A stretch of DNA of 64,000 nt, taken from positions 25,050,001 to 25,114,000 of the forward strand of contig NC_087245.1 in assembly GCF_037042905.1 (NCBI RefSeq), in the 5' to 3' direction. Position numbers and translations under genes: made by a program. This DNA comes from Lytechinus pictus. Its lineage: Eukaryota. Shown here one piece after another: positions 26,501 through 39,000 of the stretch (positions within the stretch are counted from its first letter, which is position 1; each line of letters starts with the position of its first letter). The notes below the pieces were generated by a model. That model was given only the letters and a program-made list of their open reading frames with translations. It made no database searches and had not been told where the DNA came from.

Positions 26501-29500
26501 GCAATCATCTATTTATACTTCCTAGACAATTATGAATGATTTGAGAGCCAAATGAGCTGAAATATTATATCTCTACTGTTAGTGATTTATGTAACAATTG
26601 GCTATCCATACTTAAACCACAACTTTAAATCGGAGTGTAAGTTAACCCGACTTCAGAATATGGGCCCTTAAATTTAAGCCAAAATCAATTACATGGTTCA
26701 CAATGGCATACTAAAGCAAAAATGAGTGGGCTGAGTTCTGAAATTGCCCGAACGAGAGATCAAAGCGGGCGAAACATATCCTTCAAAAATGATCAAGTTC
26801 AATTTTATTTCAATTCTACAAAAACATTATACATGTCATCAATGAGTAACAATGAATTAACAATGATTCAAATGCAGAACTGAGGTGATCTGTTAAAAAA
26901 GCACAGCTTGTATAGATCACATGTGAAACATATATACAGTGCAAAGATGATAAGAATACATACATAATTATACATCAAGTAAGCGAACAGAATAGGATAG
27001 AATAAATTGTAGAGAGCAGAAGTTTAAAGAATGATCATTGGTAATTTAGAAAGGAGATTGGAATGACCAGGTATGAATGGAATTCTACGAGAAATATGTT
27101 TGAATATATTATGTAAAATGGCTAAACAAAACGAAAATATCACTTTGTGAAAATTTGGGAGCTATTGGCCACCGCTTCCCCGAAAGAGAAACCGATAGTC
27201 AGCCAGCGAATATGTAGGCCATACTTTTGATCTGCTGAAATCTCGTTGAGTTTGATTTAATTCAAACGCAATTTTTTTGCAAAGAGACCAGTCCACATTG
27301 CATTTCTTTTTTTTTATTTGCTTTTTTTTTTCAGGGTTTCTCGTTAAAAAATATTCCATTGTCATTTGTCATGGAAATTCCTTGATATCTTGAAAGTGAC
27401 ACATCGTTCTTTTCATTTCCCTTTACACAGGTGATTTTAAACTCAATGCACAAATATCAGCCTCGGATTCATGTCGTTGAGTTGAGTGAAAGTCGATATA
27501 TCCAGACTCACAGTTTTCCTGAGACGCAGTTCTTTGGCGTGACAGCCTATCAAAACACTGATGTAAGTCCTTCTCATCTCTTCCCTTTTTTGCGTTCGTT
27601 TTTTTTTTCAGCGCCGACAAGTTTTATTTTCAAAGTGAATTGGATGCTTACAATTTGATGACCAGGGGCCCGTTTCATAAAGGACTTGCAACTGTTGTAA
27701 CTCTGCCATTATGGCAACTACCATGGAAACCTTGATTCTGATTGGCTGTTGAGCCCTGTTACCATGGTAATTGCCATAATGGCAAAGTTACAACAGTTGC
27801 AAGTCCTTTATGAAACGGGCCCCTGATGGAATGTTCAACGATACTCTTTATGCTGTAATAAGTAATTATTGAGGTGTTTTGATTTTATTATGGAAAGTTA
27901 TGGATATTGAACTGAATTGCTTAATTGTCATTTTGGTGTGGCCTTCATATCAACCCGTCCATCTGCGAGGACTTTAAGCAGTTGATCCTCAACTTACAAA
28001 CAAAGATGTCGAGTTAAAATCAAGTTACCGATCATTTCATGAATGATAGACGATATCTGTGGCTTAATGGATTAGCGTTTGAAAAGGTGTCTTTTGCTGC
28101 CAGTTTAAAATGTTATTTGTCACTTTACATGTGTGAACGGCTTTCAGAAGCTTCACAAAAATTCATTTAAACTCTTACTAATTGACGAGAAAAGACAATA
28201 TACATTATTTTGTACCATTCATTTTTATGACCTCGTTTTATTTCCATTCAGGTCACACAACTAAAAATCGACTACAACCCATTTGCGAAAGGCTTCAGGG
28301 ATAACTATGACAAGTAAGTTATCTACTGAAATAATTTTGCTTCGTCCAGAAATAGAAATTTCTGCAAGTGTGACGTTAAATTTTAATTATTGTGCCGTAC
28401 TTATTTTATCTTATACGGCAACTCTAGGATTAACCAGTAGGGGGCTCAAAAGAGGTCCACTGTTTCCCTCCAGATCAAATTATCATTCAATTTTTTTGTC
28501 ATTTTCCTGAAAGACGATTATTCATGCATTGCTAGCAAAATAAGTAATTTAATATATTGTTATAGATAATGACGTCAAAGCAACCCCTTCTGCTATGTCT
28601 GAGATCCCTTCCACTAACTTTAAAGAACATATAGTTTTCAGGGGGATGTAATTATATATGTTGATGGTTTGCGAGATGCCTATTGTTAAAAATAATTTCT
28701 TTTAATATGTTTTCATTTTCCCCGCTTTTTCCATTCTAATTCTTGAGCAGCTTGTCACCACGGGACATCAGTATTCTTTCGAATGGTCCTCGGTCAAAGA
28801 ACGTGACAGTCAGTAGGAACTCCTGTCCTGCACCGGTAGTTAACGCAGCCAACATCAACATGGGACAGTATCCTGCGGCACACTCTCACCAGACTGCTCA
28901 CTATCAGCATCCGCACCACCACCAATACCACAACGCCCACGCCCACTATCGGCCACCCCCGCATCACCAACCCCACCACCCTCACCTTCGATTCCCTACA
29001 TTCCACCACCGACCAACGCAGTTGGCCCCAGTATGCAGCATTGGCCAATCTTCAGCCGAATGCACCGGACCGACGGGTGGGAATTTCCGGCTTCCAAACC
29101 CCGAAGAGACCGCTTTCAAGCTTGTGGGAAATGCCTCGAATCTGAGTCGTCCCACCTTCGTCCCGATCAGCCCACCGCACTCGTCGACATCTTCCCCGAA
29201 GCCGTTTCCGATTCCAGTGCCTACCTCGCTCGCTTCAATCGTTGGCCAGGACTCGCTCTGTGGGACGGAACACGAAATGCAGCAGCAGCAGCATTGTGAC
29301 TCCCAGCTGCCTTCCCCTTGCGACTCAACCTCCGCTAATGGAGACACCAAAACCATTCATTATCGCTCTTCTGCAGGAATGATTAATCTTTCAAACCCAT
29401 GTGATCCGACGCCACAGGTAGATATTCCTCATTTACCCGACATGCACACGCCAACTACTTGTCAAGATACCCAGAAGTTGCTGGACAGGCAGGACATGTC

Positions 29501-29930
29501 ATGGCTCAATACTCCACCTTCCTCGGATTGTTCGCCCGATTCCAAGTCCAACTCTAGCGACGGTGGGAGTCGGGCTGCGAAGCGACAGAAGATGTCAGAT
29601 GAGCAGCTCTCGGAAGGTATCTCTCCAAAGCTGACAGATCTCGGAGACCAACATAATAGTCCTTCCTCTTGTGAGTTTACATCTACCACAGATCAAAGCT
29701 ATATCAACCAAGAGGGCGCCAAACAGCTCTACCCTCAGAGCATCGTGCACACACAGCCGGGAGCACCCAATCAAGCGTTTCAGCCGTATGGTAATATGTA
29801 CTTTCCGGCGCAGAGTTTCTCTCCATTTCCTCCTCAGCCATCGTGTATGAGTGGATACAGCATTCCCCCGTCACCGTACAATCACATCAATAACATGCTG
29901 TGTCATGGCCAGTCATATCCAAGTGTATGA
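15648..29930 (+). CDS. tbr: T-brain (Tbr1/Eomes subfamily T-box transcription factor), 6 exons, 911 aa
   Basis: Exons 15648-16738, 25122-25276, 26109-26224, 27431-27562, 28252-28313 and 28751-29930 (2736 nt) are in phase. The T-box reads [32 protein letters not shown]...[15 protein letters not shown]...[12 protein letters not shown]...[52 protein letters not shown] and GFRDNYD are typical of Tbr/Eomes. Confidence 0.96.
18172..18440 (-). mobile_element. L2/CR1-group LINE 3' end fragment
   Basis: [40 protein letters not shown] (RT-ORF C-terminus), followed by a short 3' UTR and (TTA)n tail. Confidence 0.85.
18506..18761 (-). mobile_element. Penelope-like terminal fragment between (TA)n tracts
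   Basis: 35-bp inverted repeat (18565-18599 / 18727-18761, 2 mismatches) enclosing a hammerhead-like core. Confidence 0.55.
18609..18670 (-). ncRNA. Minimal type I hammerhead-ribozyme-like motif
   Basis: Minus strand UUUCCUUUUUUU-GUAG-GC-CUGACGA-A-GGCC-GAUGAU-GGCC-GAAA-GC-UU-GC-AAAAAAAGGAAA. It contains the CUGANGA and GAAA boxes, stem II, a palindromic stem III (AAGCUU), a CUU triplet and a 12-bp outer stem I. Confidence 0.6.
18813..18974. mobile_element. Palindromic MITE with CACTGTAAA termini inserted in (TA)n
   Basis: Near-perfect ~75-bp arms CACTGTAAAAATGGAAGTGCTAATTTAGCACTTACAGTGC... / ...GCACTGTAAGTGCTAAATTAGCACTTCATTATTTACAGTG; TA on both sides. Confidence 0.85.
20491..21230. mobile_element. 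Non-autonomous TIR element, P-superfamily-like (CA termini, 7-bp TSD)
   Basis: Perfect 23-bp TIR CATGGACCTATGAAGAGATGGAC; GTCCAAT duplicated at 20484-20490 and 21231-21237. Confidence 0.85.
21380..22620 (-). mobile_element. Degenerate L2/Crack-like LINE 3' portion
   Basis: The minus strand encodes [14 protein letters not shown] (~22335-22380) and further RT C-terminal remnants, with a (TAAA)n tail at ~21380-21430. Confidence 0.7.
25122..25276 (+). CDS. tbr: tbr exon 2
   Basis: [51 protein letters not shown]. Confidence 0.96.
26109..26224 (+). CDS. tbr: tbr exon 3
   Basis: [39 protein letters not shown]. Confidence 0.95.
26365..26666. mobile_element. MITE (GGCCC termini, Harbinger-like); second copy at ~61120-61438
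   Basis: TIR GGCCCGTATTCTGAAGTCGGGTT / AACCCGACTTCAGAATATGGGCC; internal sequence matches 61120-61438 in reverse orientation. Confidence 0.8.
27431..27562 (+). CDS. tbr: tbr exon 4
   Basis: [44 protein letters not shown]. Confidence 0.96.
27665..27823. mobile_element. Palindromic MITE (GGGGCCCG termini, Harbinger-like)
   Basis: ~60-bp near-perfect arms GGGGCCCGTTTCATAAAGGACTTGCAACTGTTGTAACT... Confidence 0.85.
28252..28313 (+). CDS. tbr: tbr exon 5
   Basis: [20 protein letters not shown]. Confidence 0.96.
28751..29930 (+). CDS. tbr: tbr exon 6 (His/Pro/Ser-rich C-terminus to stop)
   Basis: CAG acceptor in phase with exon 5; open to TGA 29928-29930. Confidence 0.92.
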
Positions 29931-30649
29931 CCAAGGAGATTTAGTATAACGTTTAGCGGAATCCGTTGTTACATAAGTATCATACCTCGGACAAAAACCA
30001 CAAACTGAGAAAGAGCTGGTTGAATATTTGTCATTTGTTGTTATTGCCAGATAGTTTTATTGCAGTTCTAACATGCGCTAGAGCTAAACCTCCATAAATA
30101 TTGACTTAAGTCATGAGTTTAGAAATGTAAGTTTCTCTTGCCTTTTGTGTTGATATGGATTTGAAAATATCAACGAGACTGACTGTTGTGTGTATTGTGT
30201 CCTACAAAGAAAGATGTACTTTATAAACGTCCTAAATTTATGTAATTGATAGTAGATTCTGATAGTGAAATAGAGAGTCGTAGAAACATTACAAGTGACT
30301 TAAAATAATATTGATCATGGATCATGAGACTAATTTAATTTCAAGGTCCATTGAATTTTTTTTTAATGTGATTATTCACGATGTCAGATATAATGACAAT
30401 TATACCAGGTCCATAGTTCAAATCATTATTGCTTTTCAAGAAGACAAGTTTCATTCGCGTGTTCTGGCAACAACTTATATATTGAAATGTAGAACCATTC
30501 CATTAATGAGTAAACATAGTGTTTGAAAATCTGAATATCAAAGCGTGGTTTAAATAAGAGTTCATTAAATTAATCCATTCGACTTTTAAGAATTATTGAA
30601 CGTAAAATTTTACTTAGAATTTTTAAAAATACGCGTCACACCAAAGGGT

Positions 30650-31560
30650 GTCTAGATGTAGAATCGGTTGTCAAAGCAAAGTGACAGGTATATTTTTATC
30701 GAAACACCAGCAATTCTAGACATAAGGTTGTTGAAACACAGTGAATGGTAAACATAATGTATGGCTGTCGAAACATAAAGAATTCTCGACATAAGGTTGT
30801 CGAATCACAAAGAATTCTAGGTAGAAAGTTGTCGAAATACAATGAATTTTAGACATAAGCACTAGCGTACCTAAGGGGGGGGGGCAGGGGGTAGACTGCC
30901 CCCCCCCCCTGACGAGTCACAACTCATGCAGGGGACGTATCCCTGCCCCCCTGCAGAGTCAAAACTGATACAGGGGACGTGGCCCCTCCTTTTGAGAAGC
31001 AAAATTAATAATTTGTAATGTAAAAATGCGATAAAAATAGACGTGTACCCCCTCTTTTGAACCTGAAGACCTTTTTTTGTACTTGTCAATTTTTTTGTGA
31101 TAAGAAATCCTTTTTTTTTTTGCTTGTCAATTTTTTTTGTGGAAAGAAATCCTTTATTTTTGGTTGGAGAGCTTTTTTTTTTTGCTTGTCAAATTTTTTC
31201 GCGGACGAAATATCCTCCAAAAATTTGCACCCTTCTGGAAAATCCTAGGTACGCCAGTGGACATAAGGTTGTTAAAATATAATGAAAGGTAGAAATAAGG
31301 TTAGGTTGTCGAAACACAAAGAATTCTATACATACGGTCGTCGAAGCACAAGGAATGCTAAATAAAAAGTTGTCGAAACACACGGAAATATAGTTACAAC
31401 GTTGACGAAACACAAAGAATTCTAGACATAAGGTTATCGAATCAGGCGTCATTTTACATATGAGGATGTCAAAATACAAGGAATTCTAGACATAATATTG
31501 TCGAAGTAGAAGTCAGTTTACATATAAAATTTTCGAAACAACAAATTATAGACAAAGACA
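30650..31560. repeat. Degenerate ~32-bp tandem minisatellite (GAATTCTAGACATAAGGTTGTCGAAACACAAA-like) interrupted by a hAT MITE
   Basis: Recurring TAGACATAAGGTTGTCGAA units on both sides of 30860-31259. Confidence 0.8.
30860..31259. mobile_element. hAT-like MITE with 8-bp TSD
   Basis: CACTAGCGTACCTA / TAGGTACGCCAGTG termini; GACATAAG at 30852-30859 and 31260-31267. Confidence 0.85.
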
Positions 31561-32252
31561 TACGTAATGTCTAAGGAGAAGAAATGATTGTTAAAACGAA
31601 GATGACGCAGTATTGAGGTATACATCGAAAGTGAAAGGTGACGAAATCTTGTACCAAACGCTGGGGTGTCAAAAAGGCGTTTTTTATAATAATAATCGTT
31701 AAATCTGGGTTGATAAAAATATAATACCAAATAAGGTGCTCTCTAAATATTAGGCCAATTGCATGCACAAGGGGAGGGGGGCTTTGAAGTCAGTGAAAAA
31801 CTCACTGTTGTTATTTTTACATTAATTCACGTGCAATACGGAGTGTAAGATTAATGTTTTTGATATTACTAAAACTGTTCTTAAATCTCTTATTTTGTTT
31901 GTCTTTACGTCAATTATCATCTTGTTTAACTTGATATTTCCTATTATTACATTCCAACGATGATATTGATTATATGCCAATGTATGTAAAAGACGTTTTT
32001 ATCATCTCACCGCCATCTATCGACAAAATGATTTTATGTCGATTTTCAAAGATTGTTTTAGTGTTGAAATGATCAATACTTTTAATGTGAACTTGCCATC
32101 AGAGTTGTACAGAAATCATGATGCTCCATTGTTCGATGTAAAGTGTTTATGGAATTGTTTAAGTGTTTTTTTTTAAATAAATTTCTAAAATTATTCTTAA
32201 ATAGTTGTTGCTTCTTCTGAAGTCTAGAATGTTAATGATCATGGTGATGGCA

Positions 32253-32283
<31 letters not shown>

Positions 32284-33855
32284 CGGAATAAGGATTGTTA
32301 CTGATCCTGCATGATAAGATAATAAATATGACAAGGAAAACAAATAGGAATAGAGAAGAGGGTGGGCAAGAAAAGGAAGAAATTAAAACTGATAGAAAGA
32401 GAAAGAGGAAAACGAAGAGAGAAAGAAGAAGACGAGGAGAGAAGGAGGCATAATAGAATAAACAAAAGGAGAATAGCAAGTTTAAAATGTCAAAACAAAA
32501 ATAAAGTAAGTTTAAAATGAATGGACTAGTTTCATAGTGCTTAAATTATTTATTATATTCACTCCCTGAGCATCACAATAGTTATTTTTGGACGGTAATG
32601 ATGTTACATAATGATGAGAAAAAGCTGTAACAGGATATAAGAAAAAAACTAAAAAGGTGAACTATTAACGAATAAACATACAATGGGAACTCGTAACTCA
32701 TGAGACACAAACTGTTAAGATTTCACCTGCACCATAATACACTCCTCCTTGTTGCAAATTTTCAATAAAAAGAGTCATATTGATTCATATATGATAAAAG
32801 GGAACCATATAATTTTTTTTCAAAATTGTGATGAATATTATTGTTATATGGAAGTGCATTTAATCGCAAAAATCGATCAGTGGCCGGGACTAGGGGTTTA
32901 AGCCCCTCTCCAAGTTTTTCAATAAACTTTTTTTTTTGAAAGTCAGCCCCAAACTTTAAAAAACGTTCTACGGCCACTGTCGATTGCTAGTGATAACGAA
33001 ATTACACTACAGATACATCAATTAATGCTTTCTGTTTAAAAAGCTTTCTAGTCATCAATTACATATTGGCAATTCACTGAATTAGGATTTTGACTCAATT
33101 CTGAATTTTGAAACGAATGATCCAAGTTAATTCTGAATTTTGAAACGGTTGATCCAAGTTACAAATATATTTTTTTAACAACCCTCTACTAATCTCACAT
33201 CTCGCCCATAATATTTTAAACCCAATCATTAATCAAACCATTATTTGTAAGGCCTTTTTTCCTTACTTGCAGTAATTTTTAAAATAAAAACTGAATACAA
33301 TGCTTAATACAATTTATAAACAATATAGAAAATGTGTTAATAAAACAGTCCTCATTATAACCATATCGTGCATACATGTTCTGTGCGTTGTTAATAAAAA
33401 TATCATCAAAACAACAAATACCGAATGGATTAAAGTCGAGTGAATTTATTTTTGCACTTGATCATGACTTCACCATACAGAATCAAATGTTATTACTTGA
33501 TATGGGTTCCTCGTTTGGAGCCATTTCTTTAAGTGTGCATACAAATCAGGAATGGCGCCATGATAGTTTGAGAGATGAAGGTGAGACGATAAAGATGACG
33601 TCATATTCCCAATTTATATATGACCGATAATTAACGTCTCAGATTTCTGTTTCCTATCTTCCCGTTCTTTTTTCTTTCTTTACCTCCTTTCCCCAACACC
33701 TCTCGCCTGGCACCATACCTGATACCATCAGTCTTATCGTAGAAATCGCATTAATCTATAGCACGAGATGTTTTTCCATTAAAAGTGAAGTGATATATTT
33801 CCCTGATAACAAGTATAAAGAACAAATATCACATCGTTTTATCATTATAGCACTA

Positions 33856-34138
33856 GGACCCCGTCTTACAAAGAGTTACGATTGATATGATTAATCTCAA
33901 GTATATGGAAATCCATCAACGTTATATATTTTTCTTTGGGAAATTTGCCCAATGTCCTTTGAAAAACAAAGAGAAGCATACTGAATTGTCAAGTAAACAC
34001 TGTTACTGTATGAATATACATACGTCATTTCTAGAAAATATTTTGAACACAGTCACGTGTATTTTAGATGCTGACCTTGCTGGCTTTCCATAGTTGCAAC
34101 TGATCGGCTCAATCGCGACTCTTTTAAAGACGGGCCCC
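33856..34138. mobile_element. MITE (Harbinger-like termini)
   Basis: Imperfect TIR GGACCCCGTCTTACAAAGAGTTACGATTGA / TCAATCGCGACTCTTTTAAAGACGGGCCCC. Confidence 0.7.
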
Positions 34139-35109
34139 TGCCATTTCTCAGAAAGACAATCCACAATACTTTAAGACAATAATAACAAATATAATATTAA
34201 GAAGAAGTATGATAATAATACATGTAATAATAATAATAATAATAATAATAACAGTTCTTTCATTGTGCATATTACATTATGATATAACGTCCCTATATGC
34301 GCTTCCAAAGGACTTGGATATAATAACCCTGACTTTGGCCAATACATATTATGATGATGGAACGCTAACATAGTGGAAGTAGTGTGACGAATAAAAGAAA
34401 TTAAACAAATATCATAAAAGGCACATTATCATTGGCAATTCTCTCGATATATACATATATTTTGTTAAGGTCAATCAATGATTATTCGTCCTATAGGGCG
34501 TAGTGTTTTTCTCGAAAATTGGGGTCATGCATGAGCTTTATTTGCAATTTATCGAATTTTAAAGAGGTATAAATAAACAGTTGACGACTTGCAAAATTTC
34601 ATGAATGACACCACGTTGGCGAATAAGTATTGTCGTTACATATAAATTCCTATATCACTTTATTTAAAAATCCCACCATTTGTCGTAATTACCTTCCATA
34701 CTCTTTAAGTTTATAACAATATCACGCTGCAGTAAGGCCTACGAAACTGAATCCAAACCGATCGATATTATGTCATTGGTGATAACGTAATAACTGTGAT
34801 CAGTCTTGAGTCGGTTAATTTGGTATGACTGTAGCATTTGAGCGATACACGCTCCTTCTTTGTTGCTTAATTCAGTGCCCCTTATATAAGCAATATCTAT
34901 TAAAAACATTCGTATAAACAGTACAAACAAAAAGACAAATACAACATAGTGAAACTTTGAGCATTAATCAATTGAATGTAAAGTAAAAAAAAAAAAGGAA
35001 AGAGAAAAAAAAACGAGATTAAAGTGAGATAAGTGAAGTTTGAGCAATATCAGATAAATATGCTAAAATTATGATTCATTAAATGGCAAACCCACCCTAT
35101 GATGCTGAT

Positions 35110-35154
<45 letters not shown>

Positions 35155-35763
35155 CAAAATTAAACAAGCCAAACAACGAAATTTCAGATAAATCTGATGC
35201 AAACAAAAACAGGTAGGCATGCAAATGAGGGAACACCCAAGCCACTATTCTTTGGGCGAGTTTTATTCTTTCCTCATTATAATGAGACGTATGATTTGGT
35301 TCCTTTGAGCACAGATGCAATTTCCTGGCGTCGTAACCTATTGTGATTTGATCAAAAGATTCCATTTTAATTTGTCACATCTCCAAGAATCGGAAATTTC
35401 TATGTTCAGCATAATGAAATATGAAAGTGAGTGCGCGACATAATTTGCTCTCATATTTGTTTATCACTCGCAATTATCAGAATTAGTATTATACAAAGAT
35501 AACGAAAGATTATATTTGATTTTCTTTAAAACATCCGACCAAAAAGGGCCATATAAGTTAAAATCTTTTTGGCATCAATCTATGGTGTACTGATTGACAT
35601 TTATCAGAACAATGAAAACGTATCACTTGGCTTGAATAAAGTCCACACCTTTTGGCAAGAGCTTGTCCACAAAATCAATGTTGATAAAAGTATATATATA
35701 AAAAAGGCATCGAAATTTTCAATCAAGTTACATTGATATAAAATAGTAAAAATTTCACTTCAT

Positions 35764-36041
35764 TCAAATACTGTTTTCATGATCAAGGCTCGGTTCGATT
35801 TCAGGCACATCCGGCTTATCCGTATCCGAATCATTGTGTGCAGCCGGTTCGTAAAACCGAAGCGCCAGCGAATAGAAGAGCACCGTTAGAAGATTGCAAA
35901 CAAGCGCAAGTATTGCTAGTTTCCAGGACAGGCTTTTGTTGTCGTACAGCCAGCATGCACCTCGTTCACCACACGTTTCTTGCCATTGTACACATGTACT
36001 GTCAATGATGACACCGAACAAAATGTTGCCTGGAATGACGC
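35764..36041 (-). CDS. SLCO coding exon 10 (to stop)
   Basis: VIPGNILFGVIIDSTCVQWQETCGERGACWLYDN...DHENSI*. Confidence 0.94.
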
Positions 36042-39000
36042 CTAAATACGAAGACAAAAAAATATTCATAGTTATCGAGACTATTGTGCAATGGTATGAA
36101 TATTCAAAATGTATATCGACCATCAAAGCTATATACTGTATACCAACAATAGCTTGTCAACATATTGCACTCATGAAAAATATAATTCCTTTAATGAAAT
36201 GACATTTAGATCAAATATCTAAATCATTTTGGAACCAAAATAATTAATATCGAAAATTTTTCCCTCCTCCAATTTATACAACCGCCGTATTCCAGTCCCA
36301 TTTTCGTTAGTGCAAGTATATCCTTTTCATATCCTGCTTGAACTACTTGTATCTTGATTATTTTTACATTCATGTGCACCAGAGTCGATAATGATTAAAC
36401 TGAATACGCTTAAAAAAAAAATTAAAAACAAGCATCCATATCCTATTTATTGTTCATTAGCTAAAGGCCGTCATATGATTTACAGTCAATTCCCTTATCA
36501 ATATCATTCACGAAAGATTATTACTTCATTCTTATGCTTGCTTTTCAATTCTTATTCACTCTCTTGCCTTTCAATTTCTAATACCAACTGCCCTTTTTAA
36601 GACTTTCTACACGGTGAACGTTATTATCCTCTACATAAAAAAGTAATTTTTTTTTACTCATTTTCCAAAAATTATGAAAACTTGGGTCCATTGAAAAAAA
36701 AGATAAATTATTATCTTGGTATCTACCATGGTGACATGGCTCAGCCGATCCAAACCTTCGCTTTCATGGTAGTTATTATACTGACAAGTTTACCACAATG
36801 GATGAACATGGCCCTTTGAAGACTTACCAAGTGTTCTGGCCACAACAGAATTCATTCCTAGAGCTACTGGTCGTTCATGCTCGGCAACACACCTATAATG
36901 AAACATAATAAGTAGATTTTAGTAGCGCATCATGAAAATGATATTGTGTACATCCCCGACTTGGTTAGGTTTTGATAGTTTATTTGGCCAAAGCGTTAGA
37001 TATATTATGAGTGGTCATCTGGACGATTTAGCCACCGTACGGCACGCAGTTTTACCATGAAAACATATTTTATTTTAATAAAAAAATTATTTGTTGGTAT
37101 ATACTGTATATATATATAGTATATACCAACAAATAATTTTGTATAATATATATATATATATAAAGAATTAACAAAAATAAAACGTCCGATAAAAGATCTT
37201 TGACCGAAATGTCAACAAAATAGACCGTTTGCATGTTTTTTCTTTTTTGACCTTGTTGTTTGCCGCTCAACTCACCAACGCAGAACTGTTTTGATTTACA
37301 TTGATTTGAAACATCATTGGCACCTGTCAATATTCTGCTCAAAACAAAATACCTAACTATACAAAACATACAATTTTTTCATTTGAGGACATTATGTATA
37401 CATTCTTACCTGAAAACTATGTTCATCAGAGGCACTTTACCCATGAATATGGCGACTAATACTATATTCATTATAACAATGAATGCAGGTAAGAGATTAC
37501 ATGGTGTGGAGCATTTCCCGTGGTGAACAGTACCCAACATTCCAGAGCTAGCCATTGGAGAACAGACGCAACCAGCAAACGTCTGTCAAAGATAATAAGA
37601 ACGACGGATATTGGTTGATTTAGAGTTCTCCGGGTCTAAAGGTACCGGGTTCGAGTTGATGTAGCTCTGTATTAATATACCGGCTCTGTAACCTAGTAAT
37701 CTTTTTGTACCACTAATTATGTCGACGGTTAGTCAGACTTGACTACCAAGGGTACAAGCACGGATCTTGGTAAAAATGACTAACATTCTTTTCCAAATTA
37801 CTGTATATCAGATGATCCCGCGTGTACCAAAGCTCGTCTAGTCCAAACTTACACAGTATTCAATCATGGTATCGGTCAATTTTACAATTTAGTACGCTAA
37901 TTTGCCTAGATACCCTATTTAGACACTGTTAGGGTCTGTTACACAAAATTCATTGATTAATATTACTATAGGATTGATTTTATAATGATTAACTGTATTG
38001 ATAATTATATGCGAGTAACTGTAAAAATAAAATGTCGCTAAGCTTTTTGTTACAGGACGTAGAACCATAAAAGTCAATATAAAATTCTGATAATGTTCAG
38101 AATTTGAAGATTACATTTCGAGAAAACATGGTAAAAAAATATACCTTTCACTTTATCATGTCACATCATGTCATATATTACGTTACGTTACATTTCATTG
38201 CCAAATAATTTTTTTATAAATGAGCTTTACAGCTGGAATATAGTCAATATTTAGTCTTTTTTTTTGCGCCGTTACATGTAACTTTACAATCCACTTTATG
38301 AACTGCAGTCCCCTTGTTATCTTACACCATTCCCAAGATCTTGGCTGCATCCCGCGTGACAGGGGCTAAAGAAGCTGAGGCCGGTTTCTTCCATACACAC
38401 TGGCTTAAACTTATCGACAGAACAGGAACAGGCTTGGTTGCATGGGGACGTCAAGTCGAGAAGACTAGATCTGTATTTCATCGATCAAGAGAGTGGTGGA
38501 GATATTGGACGGTAGGGAGAGAGAGGGGGGGGGGAGAGAGAGGGGTGAGAGGGGGAGAGGGGGGAGTAAGAGAGGAGGTGAGGAGGTGAGAATGAAAGAC
38601 AGGAGAGAACGGGGAAGAGTAGAGGGGGATGAGTAGTTGGGGGAAGAGAGAATGAAATAACAATTGTCCTTGATAATAAATCTGCGATAAAGTTAAAGTT
38701 ATATTTCCACTTTTATTGTAACCATTTGTTCGTGACATCATCATTATCACCACCACCTTATTTATCATAATCATCATCAGCAGCATCAGAAGCTGTATCA
38801 TCATCTTCTCCATCATTATCATTATAATGATCATTATCAGCATCGTTATTCTTCTTCATCATACATTTCCACTAGATTTAAAAAAAAAGTTTAAATCACG
38901 TACAAATGAAATTAAGATAGCCATCCATTATTAAACAGTCGGTAAAGATTTTCACAACCGTCCTATACACTCACCCATTGCTGTACGCGGTTGTCACCCC

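Noticed and set aside
28794..29689. Antisense and alternative-frame ORFs over tbr exon 6 (and exon 1)
   Set aside because: Expected shadows of GC-richer coding sequence; no independent signals
30909..30935. CTGACGAG as a second hammerhead core
   Set aside because: No correctly spaced GAAA box or stems; part of a MITE subterminal region
30650..31560. CRISPR-like ~32-bp repeats
   Set aside because: Units are contiguous and degenerate, with no unique spacers and no cas genes, in a eukaryotic context
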